From contig NZ_LT934425.1 of NCBI RefSeq assembly GCF_900232105.1, positions 3,540,001 through 3,572,000 of the forward strand: DNA of 32,000 bases, read 5' to 3'. The position numbers and the translations under genes were made by a program. The notes under the pieces are model-generated. The model was not told where the DNA came from and ran no database searches. It worked only from the letters and a program-made list of their open reading frames with translations. Source of the DNA: Candidatus Kuenenia stuttgartensis (GTDB lineage: Bacteria > Planctomycetota > Brocadiia > Brocadiales > Brocadiaceae). Below, in pieces: positions 9,541 to 18,308 of this stretch (the stretch's first letter is position 1; the number at the start of each line of letters is the position of its first letter).

Positions 9541-9735
9541 GTAACACATTAGTTCTTTAAAAAATTTCAATAATAGTGCTGTTTGCCGTGTAGTAGTGTA
9601 GGGACAGTGCATTTGGAATAAAAGATTGCGGCTTGTTCCTCTCTGAGATATCTAAGCCCGCTAAATCCATGCAGTACGACGAGGTTCGTCGTACTGCAAA
9701 TTACAATTTCCAGTTTAAAAATACTAAAGTGTTAC
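9541..9735. repeat. MITE-like element C (about 195 bp; terminal repeats extend to 9534-9742)
   Basis: Left AAATTTGGTAACACATTAGTTCTTTAAAAAATTTC pairs with right-end reverse complement AAATTTGGTAACACTTTAGTATTTTTAAAC. The interior has a perfect hairpin TGCAGTACGACGA-GGT-TCGTCGTACTGCA (9670-9698). Confidence 0.65.
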
Positions 9736-9795
9736 CAAATTTGCGGCTTGAACCCTGCATTCATAATGTTGCTTCGCCGCCCTCACCTATGAATG

Positions 9796-10278
9796 CTACT
9801 CCCAGCTTACCACGTCTGCATTTTCACCATCGCCGCCTTCTGCGCCGTCAGCGCCATACGAAATAATGTCATAATCGCCATTCTCTCCCGGATACACATA
9901 TACGTAGTCATTTCCCCACGGGTCTTTAGGAATAAACTTCTTTTTTAAGTAGGGGCCTTTCCAGTTTTCCACTTCGTGCGGCGCCGCAACCAATGCCTCC
10001 ATACCCTCCTCCTGCGTTGGATATCTGGTAGTATCGAGTTTAAACATTTCCAGGGCCGTTGAGAATCCTTCAATCTGTTGTTTTGCCACTGTCTGCCGTG
10101 ATTCACCCACACGGCCAATCATTTTAGGCCCTATCAATGCAGCAAGCAGGCCTATAATAATCATAACTATGAGCAATTCCAACAACGTAAAACCACCATT
10201 TCTCAACAAATACGACCTCATTTTCAATTCTTTCATTTCACCATACTCCATGTAGTAAAGGTTGTAAAATTGTAACAA
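9796..10278 (-). CDS. gspG: Type II secretion major pseudopilin
   Basis: Prepilin motif 'GGFTLLELLIVMIIIGLLAALIGPKMIG', then 'YPTQEEGMEALVAAP...GPYLKKKFIPKDPWGNDYVYVYPG...YDIISYGADG' (GspG signature). The true start may be one of the internal Met codons (MKELK or MRSYL). Confidence 0.93.
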   Translation of the reverse strand: MLQFYNLYYMEYGEMKELKMRSYLLRNGGFTLLELLIVMIIIGLLAALIGPKMIGRVGESRQTVAKQQIEGFSTALEMFKLDTTRYPTQEEGMEALVAAPHEVENWKGPYLKKKFIPKDPWGNDYVYVYPGENGDYDIISYGADGAEGGDGENADVVSWE

Positions 10279-10449
10279 TACTTCTTTTTGACAAAATATT
10301 TAATGGTAAAATCCGAAATACTAAATACGAAACAAATTCTAATGATAAAGCATAAAATTCAAAACAAATTCAAAATCTGTGTGATCGGTGGTTCCCCTTT
10401 CGTCTTTTCAAAGTATTAATATAATACATTGGCCGTTTAGCGCATGCCA

Positions 10450-11136
10450 TTAATCATCCACATCTTCATCTTCTTCATCGACATCATAGGAATCATCTTC
10501 GTAGTTGTCAAAGGAATCGCTTCTGTTCTCCGCGTGTAATGGGGTCTTTCCCCTTGGTCCTCTACTTGTTAAAACAGCAGAAACTTTCAATGCATTGATC
10601 TTTTGTTCAATTTCTTTATCGGTAATTTCTCCCGGGATTCTTTCATATTTTACGGTCTGTTCCATGTCTTCGCCTAAGCGAAACGTGGCAAGGCCGCCCA
10701 GGGGTTCTATGTGCAAAACCGCAGTCATTTCACCATATGCAAACCCCAATTTCCTGCCGTGGGCAGTGCCGCTCGGATAAAAGGTAAAGACCCTTATTTG
10801 TTCGTCAGCATCCTCAAAATTATCAGAAAACATTTGTATTTCATAGGGGATTTCCAATTTTTCCATGCCTTCACACCATAGATAGCCGTCCAACAGGTCA
10901 AGCACTACTTCCGTTTTTGCCCCCCCGGACATTGCAATAATCCTGGCTTCTCTCAGGGAAAAAACAATGCCGGACATAATCTTCCTGAATTTAATGGTAT
11001 CAAGAGACCCTGTATAGCGGGGAATTGAAATACCGGCAATGATTCCCATAATTACCATAACGATAATAAGTTCGATTAAAGTAAATCCATGCTTTTGCAA
11101 GGAATTCTTATTTGCAAAAAATATATATTTATCCAT
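10450..11136 (-). CDS. Prepilin-type N-methylation pseudopilin, GspH-like, with acidic C-terminal tail
   Basis: 'HGFTLIELIIVMVIMGIIAGISIPRYTGSLD' prepilin signature. GspH-like body. C-terminus 'DNYEDDSYDVDEEDEDVDD'. Confidence 0.8.
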   Translation of the reverse strand: MDKYIFFANKNSLQKHGFTLIELIIVMVIMGIIAGISIPRYTGSLDTIKFRKIMSGIVFSLREARIIAMSGGAKTEVVLDLLDGYLWCEGMEKLEIPYEIQMFSDNFEDADEQIRVFTFYPSGTAHGRKLGFAYGEMTAVLHIEPLGGLATFRLGEDMEQTVKYERIPGEITDKEIEQKINALKVSAVLTSRGPRGKTPLHAENRSDSFDNYEDDSYDVDEEDEDVDD

Positions 11137-11188
11137 ACACGAAATTATGAAATATTAAACAAAATCCAAAATCCCGATTAAAATAACC

Positions 11189-11302
11189 GTAACAGTTTAG
11201 ATTTTTGAAAAAGCAAAAAATGCTCGTTCCCAGTTAGCGACAAGGCATGCTTTGACGCTACCTGGGAACGAGTGGTTTTCTTTCATAGAACTAAAATGTT
11301 AC
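11189..11302. repeat. MITE-like element D (about 114 bp)
   Basis: GTAACAGTTTAGATTTTTGAAAAAGC at left. The right end, reverse-complemented, reads GTAACATTTTAGTTCTATG. The interior forms a hairpin CTCGTTCCCAG...CTGGGAACGAG. Confidence 0.5.
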
Positions 11303-11827
11303 GAAGTCAATATTATACAGCATGCCTAAGCGTTTAAATAGAATTTTTTGATGTTGCCACTCCCTCTTTGGCAATCGGCAATCTACAGTCGGCAAATTGC
11401 AGACTGAGGATTGAGGATTGCCGACTGTGGTTATAAAAACCTCAACTTATTAAGAAGTTGCCTGTATTTGCCCTGTCGCCCCGCTCACCTTTACGAAACT
11501 GCAACCAAATTGTTTCCATCTGTAACTTTATTGCATTTTTGCTTCTATACCTTGTTATTTTATGTAGTTATGCCTATTGCCATAAATTTAACAGGAAACA
11601 AAAAGGTTACAATATTCTTTGTTCACAGATTGCCTGTTTTAGTTTTTAAAAATTTTATATCTTCTGAATGAAAGCACTTATGAATGTTTTACTGTTCTGT
11701 TTTTTTACAGGCACATCGGTTGCTCTATTCATAAAACAACGAACGCTATCGCAAGAAAACATCTGGCATCACAAGAACAGTGAGAAAAGGTTTAACCATT
11801 TTAGTGCAGGAAACAGAGAGTACACAC

Positions 11828-12244
11828 ATGCTATCGAAAAGAATTCTGATCGTTGATGATGAAGAGGGGTATAGAAAGGTATTATCGAATTCCCTGACGG
11901 ATTTAGGGTTTGAGACAACAGTTGCAGCAAACGGCATGGATGCACTGGAAGAGATGAAAAAGAAAAACTATGCAGTGATATTACTGGACATGAAGATGCC
12001 AGGCATAGATGGAATTGAACTGTTAGAACGCATTCGAAAGGAACAGCTTTTTTCTTCAATAGTGATTATTACAGCATATACGTATGAAGATATTGCAAGG
12101 GAAGCCATTTGTAAGGGTGCAAAAAAGGTAATTAGGAAACCTTTTAGTATGGATGAAATCAAGTCGTGTCTTAATGAATTAATGAAACCGGAAGAGGCCG
12201 GTAAATTTAACATGGAAGAGGTAAAACATGAAGAAATTATTTAA
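11828..12244 (+). CDS. Single-domain response regulator (receiver only)
   Basis: 'KRILIVDDEEGYRKVLSNSLTDLGFETTVAANGMDALEEMKKKNYAVILLDMKMPGIDGIELLERIRKEQLFSSIVIITAYTYEDIAREAICKGAKKVIRKPF'. Start revised to ATG 11828 within the 11780-12244 ORF. Confidence 0.88.
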   Translation: MLSKRILIVDDEEGYRKVLSNSLTDLGFETTVAANGMDALEEMKKKNYAVILLDMKMPGIDGIELLERIRKEQLFSSIVIITAYTYEDIAREAICKGAKKVIRKPFSMDEIKSCLNELMKPEEAGKFNMEEVKHEEII

Positions 12245-13592
12245 GGAAAGTATATTTATCGTAGCTATCACCCTTGTATTCTTTGGATTATTTCCGCTTT
12301 TGTTGTTTCGCATGTTGGCATTTCCCAATGCGAAGACAGAGCTGGAACAACATGTTCAAAGAAATCTGGAAGACGCATTGTACAAACAAAATGACCTTCT
12401 CTCACGGTTTTGGGAAGAAAGAAGATCGCATGCACGTTCAATTTCTGATGCTATTCAAAGCACAATGTTTATTTATGGTGATGAAGATTTTGTAGGTATT
12501 TTAAGCGGCGGAAATGAACTTGAATATTTACGATTAAGCACGCAACTGGAGTGTACGAAGGCAGATTATGGTTATAAAGGGATTTTTATATGTGATGCGG
12601 CAGGTATTGTACACATAACGACCGCAGACGAAAAGTCACTTAAGGGAACGAATATTATGAAGGAAGACGCCTTTCGGGATGTTCAGGAGACTTTGTACGA
12701 CGGCAAGTCATATATTTCTGGCGTATCACATTTCTCGGTAAATAAAAAAGAAGACACTGAAGAACCTTCGCTGTTCATATCATACCCAATCAAGGGAAAT
12801 CGCCACGATATCATTGGAGCGATTTTCCTTTGGATGAATACTTCCCTGCTGGATACGGCGATGAATAGTTTTGTACTCGGGAAAACAGGTGAAGCCTATT
12901 TGATAAATAAAGAAGGAATTATGATTACACAATCAAGATTTTCCCGTCACCATGGAAATGAGACGAATGATACATGCAAAACGTGTCACATTGTAGAGAA
13001 CCCGGAAACAAAAATGATGACAAAAGGAGTGAAAAGTTGTGTTACGGGAAAGGCTTCCGGCTATAACCTGGAAGGATATCGCGATTATGGAGGAATAAAG
13101 GTCGTTGGCGCATGGCGCTGGCTGAAAGATATGCACATGGGTTTAATGGTGGAGATAGATGCAGATGAGGCATTTAATACAATAAACAATATTAACTCAA
13201 TGATAAAATCTTTCATGATTGTAGTGCTCATTCCCGCAGTTGTTCTTGCCTTTTTATTACACAGAAAAATCAATCTGGGATATATGATAAAAGGTTTGCC
13301 TCTCCCTAAAAAAACCTTGATCGGGACTGCCCTTATTCTTGTTGTGGGATTTATCATAGCGATTTTGGACGGATATCAGTTGAAGAAGGAAAGCGGTTAT
13401 ATCAGAGAACAGGAATACAGAATATCAAATCCCTTTAGTGTACTGGGATCTATTGCCATACTGAGAGAAGAAGGTTTTATAGAAAATAACATTTCAAAGT
13501 TCAGAAAGGAGTATCGTATTAAAAAATCTGAAAATATTTTTCACAATGATAAGAAGGAGAGCGAACTGGTAAAAGGCGGAAATTACCATTAA
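12228..13592 (+). CDS. Membrane sensor protein with periplasmic dCache-type domain and a CXXCH motif; no kinase or methyl-accepting domain visible
   Basis: N-terminal TM 'IFIVAITLVFFGLFPLLLF'. Cache-like text 'GKTGEAYLINKEGIMITQSRF...VKSCVTGKASGYNLEGYRDYGGIKVVGAWRWLKDMHMGLMVEIDADEAF'. Two further TMs and a tail of about 60 aa. CKTCH is encoded at 12975-12989. Overlaps the upstream regulator gene. Confidence 0.75.
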   Translation: MKKLFKESIFIVAITLVFFGLFPLLLFRMLAFPNAKTELEQHVQRNLEDALYKQNDLLSRFWEERRSHARSISDAIQSTMFIYGDEDFVGILSGGNELEYLRLSTQLECTKADYGYKGIFICDAAGIVHITTADEKSLKGTNIMKEDAFRDVQETLYDGKSYISGVSHFSVNKKEDTEEPSLFISYPIKGNRHDIIGAIFLWMNTSLLDTAMNSFVLGKTGEAYLINKEGIMITQSRFSRHHGNETNDTCKTCHIVENPETKMMTKGVKSCVTGKASGYNLEGYRDYGGIKVVGAWRWLKDMHMGLMVEIDADEAFNTINNINSMIKSFMIVVLIPAVVLAFLLHRKINLGYMIKGLPLPKKTLIGTALILVVGFIIAILDGYQLKKESGYIREQEYRISNPFSVLGSIAILREEGFIENNISKFRKEYRIKKSENIFHNDKKESELVKGGNYH

Positions 13593-13743
13593 AAAGCGCT
13601 CTCGTTCCGTATAAGGAATGATAGACCTTGTTAGCCATTGATAAATGATATGTCACAAAAAGGCTAAAAAAGCAAATTCGAATAACTACTGTAGATGATA
13701 CAGACCATTTTCAAGACGCTTAATTTTTTGAAAGGAGTTATTT

Positions 13744-14127
13744 ATGACTAACGTTATTTTATCCCCGAGGGAAAAGACAAAAAAAGTTTTAACCGCGGAA
13801 TTTACAAAGGGGTGGTTTGAGTATGAGGCGTCTTACGATGGCGTACTTTTGAATATCGACACTGCGGGAGCAAGGCTTCTTGGCTTTTCGTCTCCGGATG
13901 ACATGCTCGGGAAAAAGATAAATGAATTGTATGCGCATCCCTATGACCATGAAAAGACATTATCTATGCTGTTCAGGGATGGAAAGGTAAACGGTTTTTT
14001 CACCCTGATGAAGGGAATGGACGACAACCTGGTGTTTATAAAACAAAGCAGCACTCTGATTACCGATGAGTATTACCATTTGCCGTTAAAGGTACAAACC
14101 TCTTTCGAGATATCCCATACGCTGTAG
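13744..14127 (+). CDS. Small stand-alone PAS-like domain protein
   Basis: 127 aa. 'GWFEYEASYDGVLLNIDTAGARLLGFSSPDDMLGKKINELYAHPYDHEKTLSMLFRDGKVNGF' resembles a PAS fold. AAAGGAG RBS upstream. Confidence 0.65.
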   Translation: MTNVILSPREKTKKVLTAEFTKGWFEYEASYDGVLLNIDTAGARLLGFSSPDDMLGKKINELYAHPYDHEKTLSMLFRDGKVNGFFTLMKGMDDNLVFIKQSSTLITDEYYHLPLKVQTSFEISHTL

Positions 14128-14243
14128 TATTTTAAAAGGCTTTTCCATCAACCCTGACAGGGTTTGAAACCTTGTCAGGATTAAAATCACTGCGGTAAAC
14201 ATATAGATTAATTTCATTCATTACATTACCGGGAGTTTTTTTT

Positions 14244-15470
14244 ATGAATGTTTCTGCAAATACACCTGTTGAAGTTGAAGAATTAAAAGGGAACACAAGG
14301 GTGCTTATACTTGCTACGCTTGCCTTTGCGGTAAGTTTTGCCGGATGGTCACTGTTTGCGCCTTTGGCCTCATATTTAAAAGTGGTATTTGATTTATCTT
14401 CAACCGCATTGGGATTGCTGCTTGCCGCACCGGTGTTGCTTGGCTCCATTGTCAGAGTGCCTATTGGTATTTTGACTGATAAATATGGCGGAAGAAAGGT
14501 CTTTAGCGCATTGATGGCGGTGTGTTTTTTCCCTATGTTCATCGCAGGCTTTGCGCATAGCTACCTGTTTTTATTGATATGCGGGTTGTTTTTTGGCGCA
14601 GTCGGGGCGTCTTTTGCCGTTGGTATTCCACAGGTCTCCCAATGGTATCCAAAAGAAAAACAAGGGTTGGCGCTGGGAATTTATGGCATAGGAAATGTCG
14701 GTTCTGCTGCAGCGGTCTTTGGAGCGCCATTTATTGCTGAATCCGTAGGATGGAACAAAGCGTTTATCTTTTATTCCATTCCATTGCTCTTGATGGCTGC
14801 TATTTACTGGTTTTTTTCCGCTGATGCGCCAAAACCTAAAACGGTGAAACCCAAGACCTTGAGCGACCGGCTGAAGGTATATAAATCTTCTCATTTAATA
14901 TGGGTGTTTTCCCTCTTCTATTTCATGACGTTTGGTTTTTTTGTATGCTTTTCGCTTTGGCTGCCTTCTTATCTTAAAGAATCTTACAACATTACACCGG
15001 TAAAGGCGGGCAGCTATGCTTCTGTATTTGTGTTTCTGGCGACTTTTTCAAGGATTTTGGGCGGATACCTGGGAGATATCTTCCATGGGAAACATGTTTT
15101 AACAATTATCTCCTTGTTCCTTATTGGCATACTTATTTATCTGAATCTGAGCAGTTCTCTTGCGCTTACGCTTGTTGTTTTCTATTGCATGGCGGTTTGT
15201 CTGGGCATTGGGAATGGCGTTGTCTTTAAACTGGTAGCGGAATACTTTCCAAAAGAAACAGGCGCCGTAGGTGGCATGGTTGGAGCTGCCGGAGGGCTTG
15301 GAGGATTTTTTCTTCCCATAATTCTTGGCACCATCAGGGATTATACCAACAATAATTCATTAGGATTCATCTTTGTTTCTCTCGTGTGCCTCATGTGCCT
15401 CTCCTTTATGGAAGAAAAGACTTTTATAACAAAGAAGGGCGATGAAATGACGCCCGCCGTGGGACAATAG
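14244..15470 (+). CDS. NarK-like MFS nitrate/nitrite transporter (NNP family)
   Basis: 'FAVSFAGWSLFAPLASYLK', 'LLLAAPVLLGSIVRVPIGILTDKYGGRKVF', 'GIYGIGNVGSAAAVFGAP', 'RILGGYLGD', 'GAVGGMVGAAGGLGGFFLPIILG'. Confidence 0.88.
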   Translation: MNVSANTPVEVEELKGNTRVLILATLAFAVSFAGWSLFAPLASYLKVVFDLSSTALGLLLAAPVLLGSIVRVPIGILTDKYGGRKVFSALMAVCFFPMFIAGFAHSYLFLLICGLFFGAVGASFAVGIPQVSQWYPKEKQGLALGIYGIGNVGSAAAVFGAPFIAESVGWNKAFIFYSIPLLLMAAIYWFFSADAPKPKTVKPKTLSDRLKVYKSSHLIWVFSLFYFMTFGFFVCFSLWLPSYLKESYNITPVKAGSYASVFVFLATFSRILGGYLGDIFHGKHVLTIISLFLIGILIYLNLSSSLALTLVVFYCMAVCLGIGNGVVFKLVAEYFPKETGAVGGMVGAAGGLGGFFLPIILGTIRDYTNNNSLGFIFVSLVCLMCLSFMEEKTFITKKGDEMTPAVGQ

Positions 15471-15471
15471 T

Positions 15472-16779
15472 ATGAACATAGTAACGATTGCAACTTATTC
15501 AACCAATACCCGCTGGTTTATTCCCGCTATGGCAACAATGATGATGGCGCTCATATCGTCATCCTACGGGTATAATGAAGCTGCTCCCTATCTTTTTATC
15601 GCCGGAATTACAGCATTTTTTTTAGTGGCGGCCTTTATCACCATGAAGGCCGTATTTTTTTACAGCGAATTTTCACATGACATTCATAGCCCGGAAAAAA
15701 CCAACTATCTCTTTTCAGTGGTGGGGGTTATTGGCCTTGCAGGTGTTTTTTGTTCTAAACTATGGAGCAATTATACCGTTTCCTGGATATTCTTGTATGT
15801 TTCTCTTGCCCTTTGGGTAATTATTACCCTTTTATCTTTCAGCTTTTTGTTTTTGTCCCGCAAATCTGAAGAGCGGAAACTGGAAGAAGTATTGCACGGC
15901 GGATGGTTTTTTATTTGCATAGGTACTCAGGCAACCGCTTTGATGAGTATCATTGCCGCCAAACAGGCAACGAGCCACCTATTCCTTATCCACCTGATTT
16001 CTTTTGGTTTGTGGTCGATAGGGGCGTTTTTATATCTTCTGTTTATAACGTTAATTGTACTCAGGCTCATTTTTTATTCATTCCCCAATAATTCAGAACT
16101 CTCACCCTATTGGATGAATGTAGGAGCCGCTGCGCTTACGGCGCTTACCGGTATTACATTATTTCAGCATATATCAGCCACAGGGGGAACATTTCTTGAT
16201 CTTTTACCTTTTTTAAAAGGGTTTTCATTGTTTTTTTGGTCTGTGGGGCTATGGTGGCTGCCATTATTGAGTATTATGGCGCTGAAAAAACAGGCGTATA
16301 ATGATGACCGCTTCGTGTTTACAGTAGGATATTGGGAGATAGCGCTGTCTCTTGCCTTATATGCGGCTGGAACCAAACAATTAACGGGCATTTTTGCCGG
16401 ACAATACATAGTCGCATTTTCACACTTTCTTCACATTGCCGTTCTTCTTGTGTATGGTTATGCGCTTGTCTCTACCATTACACATCTGGCATTCTCATTA
16501 GTATGGATGCCGGTAAACGACCTTACAATCAGTTGTGTTGTCCCCTATCGTTTCACCTTACAGGGAAAGATCTTCTATGTAACCGGCATTGTAAGTGAAT
16601 GGATGGACAAGAATATTCAGGGCAAGGTTAAAAAGCAATATTATGCAATTGTCAACAATAACCTTAACTGCCTGATTTCCTACGACCTGTTTTCAAAAAA
16701 GTGGTATATTCGCCTGGCGAACGCCGCAATTGACACAAAAGGACAACCACCCATTCAACCGCCAGTTCACAATTCTTAA
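15472..16779 (+). CDS. TDT/SLAC1-TehA-like integral membrane anion channel/transporter with C-terminal extension
   Basis: About 10 hydrophobic segments. 'ELSPYWMNVGAAALTALTGITLF' and 'FLKGFSLFFWSVGLWWLPLLSIMAL...YWEIALSLALYAAGTKQL' resemble the tellurite-resistance/dicarboxylate transporter family. It starts 2 nt after the narK-like stop. Confidence 0.65.
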   Translation: MNIVTIATYSTNTRWFIPAMATMMMALISSSYGYNEAAPYLFIAGITAFFLVAAFITMKAVFFYSEFSHDIHSPEKTNYLFSVVGVIGLAGVFCSKLWSNYTVSWIFLYVSLALWVIITLLSFSFLFLSRKSEERKLEEVLHGGWFFICIGTQATALMSIIAAKQATSHLFLIHLISFGLWSIGAFLYLLFITLIVLRLIFYSFPNNSELSPYWMNVGAAALTALTGITLFQHISATGGTFLDLLPFLKGFSLFFWSVGLWWLPLLSIMALKKQAYNDDRFVFTVGYWEIALSLALYAAGTKQLTGIFAGQYIVAFSHFLHIAVLLVYGYALVSTITHLAFSLVWMPVNDLTISCVVPYRFTLQGKIFYVTGIVSEWMDKNIQGKVKKQYYAIVNNNLNCLISYDLFSKKWYIRLANAAIDTKGQPPIQPPVHNS

Positions 16780-17061
16780 TACACAATCCACAATCCGCAG
16801 TTTGCCGACTATGCCATATTCTCCATTCTTCTCGTTTCCACATAGTAACGTAGGAACGAGAGGAACTTTCGTGAGATTTAGAGTTCAAAGGTTTTCAGCC
16901 ATGAGCCACGAGCCACGAGCCATAAGCCATAAGCATTTTTGTATTGGCATACCATTCATATCGAATATAATAAAAAGCATGGTGTTTGATAGTCAGGAAG
17001 AGTAATAGTTGTGATGGCGGCGTTTTGCTGTATAAAGTCAAATGATAAAAAGGGGCATATT

Positions 17062-17961
17062 ATGAAAATAGCGGTAACGGGTTTAACAGGTTTTTTGGGG
17101 TATTACCTTGCAAAGCGGTTTTTTGAGAAGGGCATTCAAATCCTGGCACTTGTTAGAAATACAACGAATCTGTTGCATCTTCAGGATTTTCAAAAAAACA
17201 TAACGTATGTGCAGGGGAATTTAGACGATAAAGAAACGCTGAAGAAATTTGTGTATGGCGCGGATATTGTTGTTCATATGGCGTACGAAAGAAATGGGGC
17301 GTCATTTCATGAAGCGGGCAATAAGGATATAAAACGATTTGTGGAAACGAATCTTTTGGGGAGCATAGAGTTGCTTGATGCTGCGAAATGCGAGGGGGTG
17401 AAACAATGCATCTTTATCAGCTCCTGTGCTGTTTATGGATTTATTTATTCACATATCCGTCTTGACGAATTGCACCCCTTGCTGCCGGATTCTAACTATG
17501 GGGCTTACAAGGCGTCTGTGGAGGCATTTTGCCATTCTTATTTTCTTTCAAAACATTTTGGCATAACGATATTCCGGCCTGTCGGCATTTATGGGCTTGC
17601 GCCGCACCTTGCACATTCCGCCTGGTATAATATTGTAAAAGATATTAAGCATGGCCGCGATGTGGAAGTATCCGGCGGGGGAAAAATAGTTTACGTTGAA
17701 GATGTTGTCCGTGCAATTGAATTGGCGGCCGGCAATAAAGATGCTTCGGGAAAGATATATAATCTGATGGACATGTATATTGATAATATGAACGTTGCCC
17801 AAATTGCCAGGGAAATTTGTGGTTCACGGTCAATTATCAGTGGCACGCCAAAAAAATCTATTCATACAATCGACAATACGCAATCAAAGGAACTGGGAGT
17901 TTCTTATCCCGGCATTGAAGGGGTAAAACGATATATTAGGGAGTTAGCGCTTCGTATTTGA
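17062..17961 (+). CDS. NAD-dependent epimerase/dehydratase family protein
   Basis: 'MKIAVTGLTGFLGYYLAKRFFEKG' Rossmann motif. 'ISSCAVYGF' and 'YGAYKASVEAF' (YxxxK). ATG 17062 preferred over 17011. Confidence 0.9.
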   Translation: MKIAVTGLTGFLGYYLAKRFFEKGIQILALVRNTTNLLHLQDFQKNITYVQGNLDDKETLKKFVYGADIVVHMAYERNGASFHEAGNKDIKRFVETNLLGSIELLDAAKCEGVKQCIFISSCAVYGFIYSHIRLDELHPLLPDSNYGAYKASVEAFCHSYFLSKHFGITIFRPVGIYGLAPHLAHSAWYNIVKDIKHGRDVEVSGGGKIVYVEDVVRAIELAAGNKDASGKIYNLMDMYIDNMNVAQIAREICGSRSIISGTPKKSIHTIDNTQSKELGVSYPGIEGVKRYIRELALRI

Positions 17962-18008
17962 AAATTAATATTCAATATTCGTAACTATTCAGCGTAAACG
18001 ATACACGG

Positions 18009-18191
18009 CTCGTTCCCAAACCCCAGTTTGGGAACGCATTTGTTCGAGAAACTCCGGTTTCTCGCCTGTTTGCTGATAGATAGGGAATAAAATCACAGGG
18101 TTAAGACAGTTTGTAATTTGTCAAGTCAGACCCTCACTGGAAACAAAGTTTCCAGTGCAATTGCGTTCCCAAACTGGGGTTTGGGAACGAG
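18009..18191. repeat. Palindrome-rich intergenic element with perfect 29-bp inverted ends
   Basis: CTCGTTCCCAAACCCCAGTTTGGGAACGC (18009-18037) is the exact reverse complement of 18163-18191. Internal hairpins are CGAGAAACtcCGGTTTCTCG (about 18044-18063) and CACTGGAAAC-AAA-GTTTCCAGTG (18135-18157). Confidence 0.7.
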
Positions 18192-18308
18192 TTGCGCTCT
18201 GATCTCCGGTAGTTTAATAAATTACGTTGAATAGTTACCAATATTCAATGTAAAAGAATAAAGGCAAATGATCAACAATTTGAGAATTGAATATTGAATA
18301 TTTTTCTT

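Noticed and set aside
11411-11856. Plus-strand short ORFs (86, 63 and 62 aa) upstream of the response regulator
   Set aside because: AT-rich intergenic translation with overlapping frames and no strong RBS or motif. The 62-aa ORF at 11668 has a hydrophobic N-terminus (MNVLLFCFFTGTSVALFI), so a tiny membrane peptide is possible but unsupported.
12933-13357. Minus-strand ORFs (67 and 90 aa) opposite the Cache sensor
   Set aside because: Antisense shadows of a convincing coding region.
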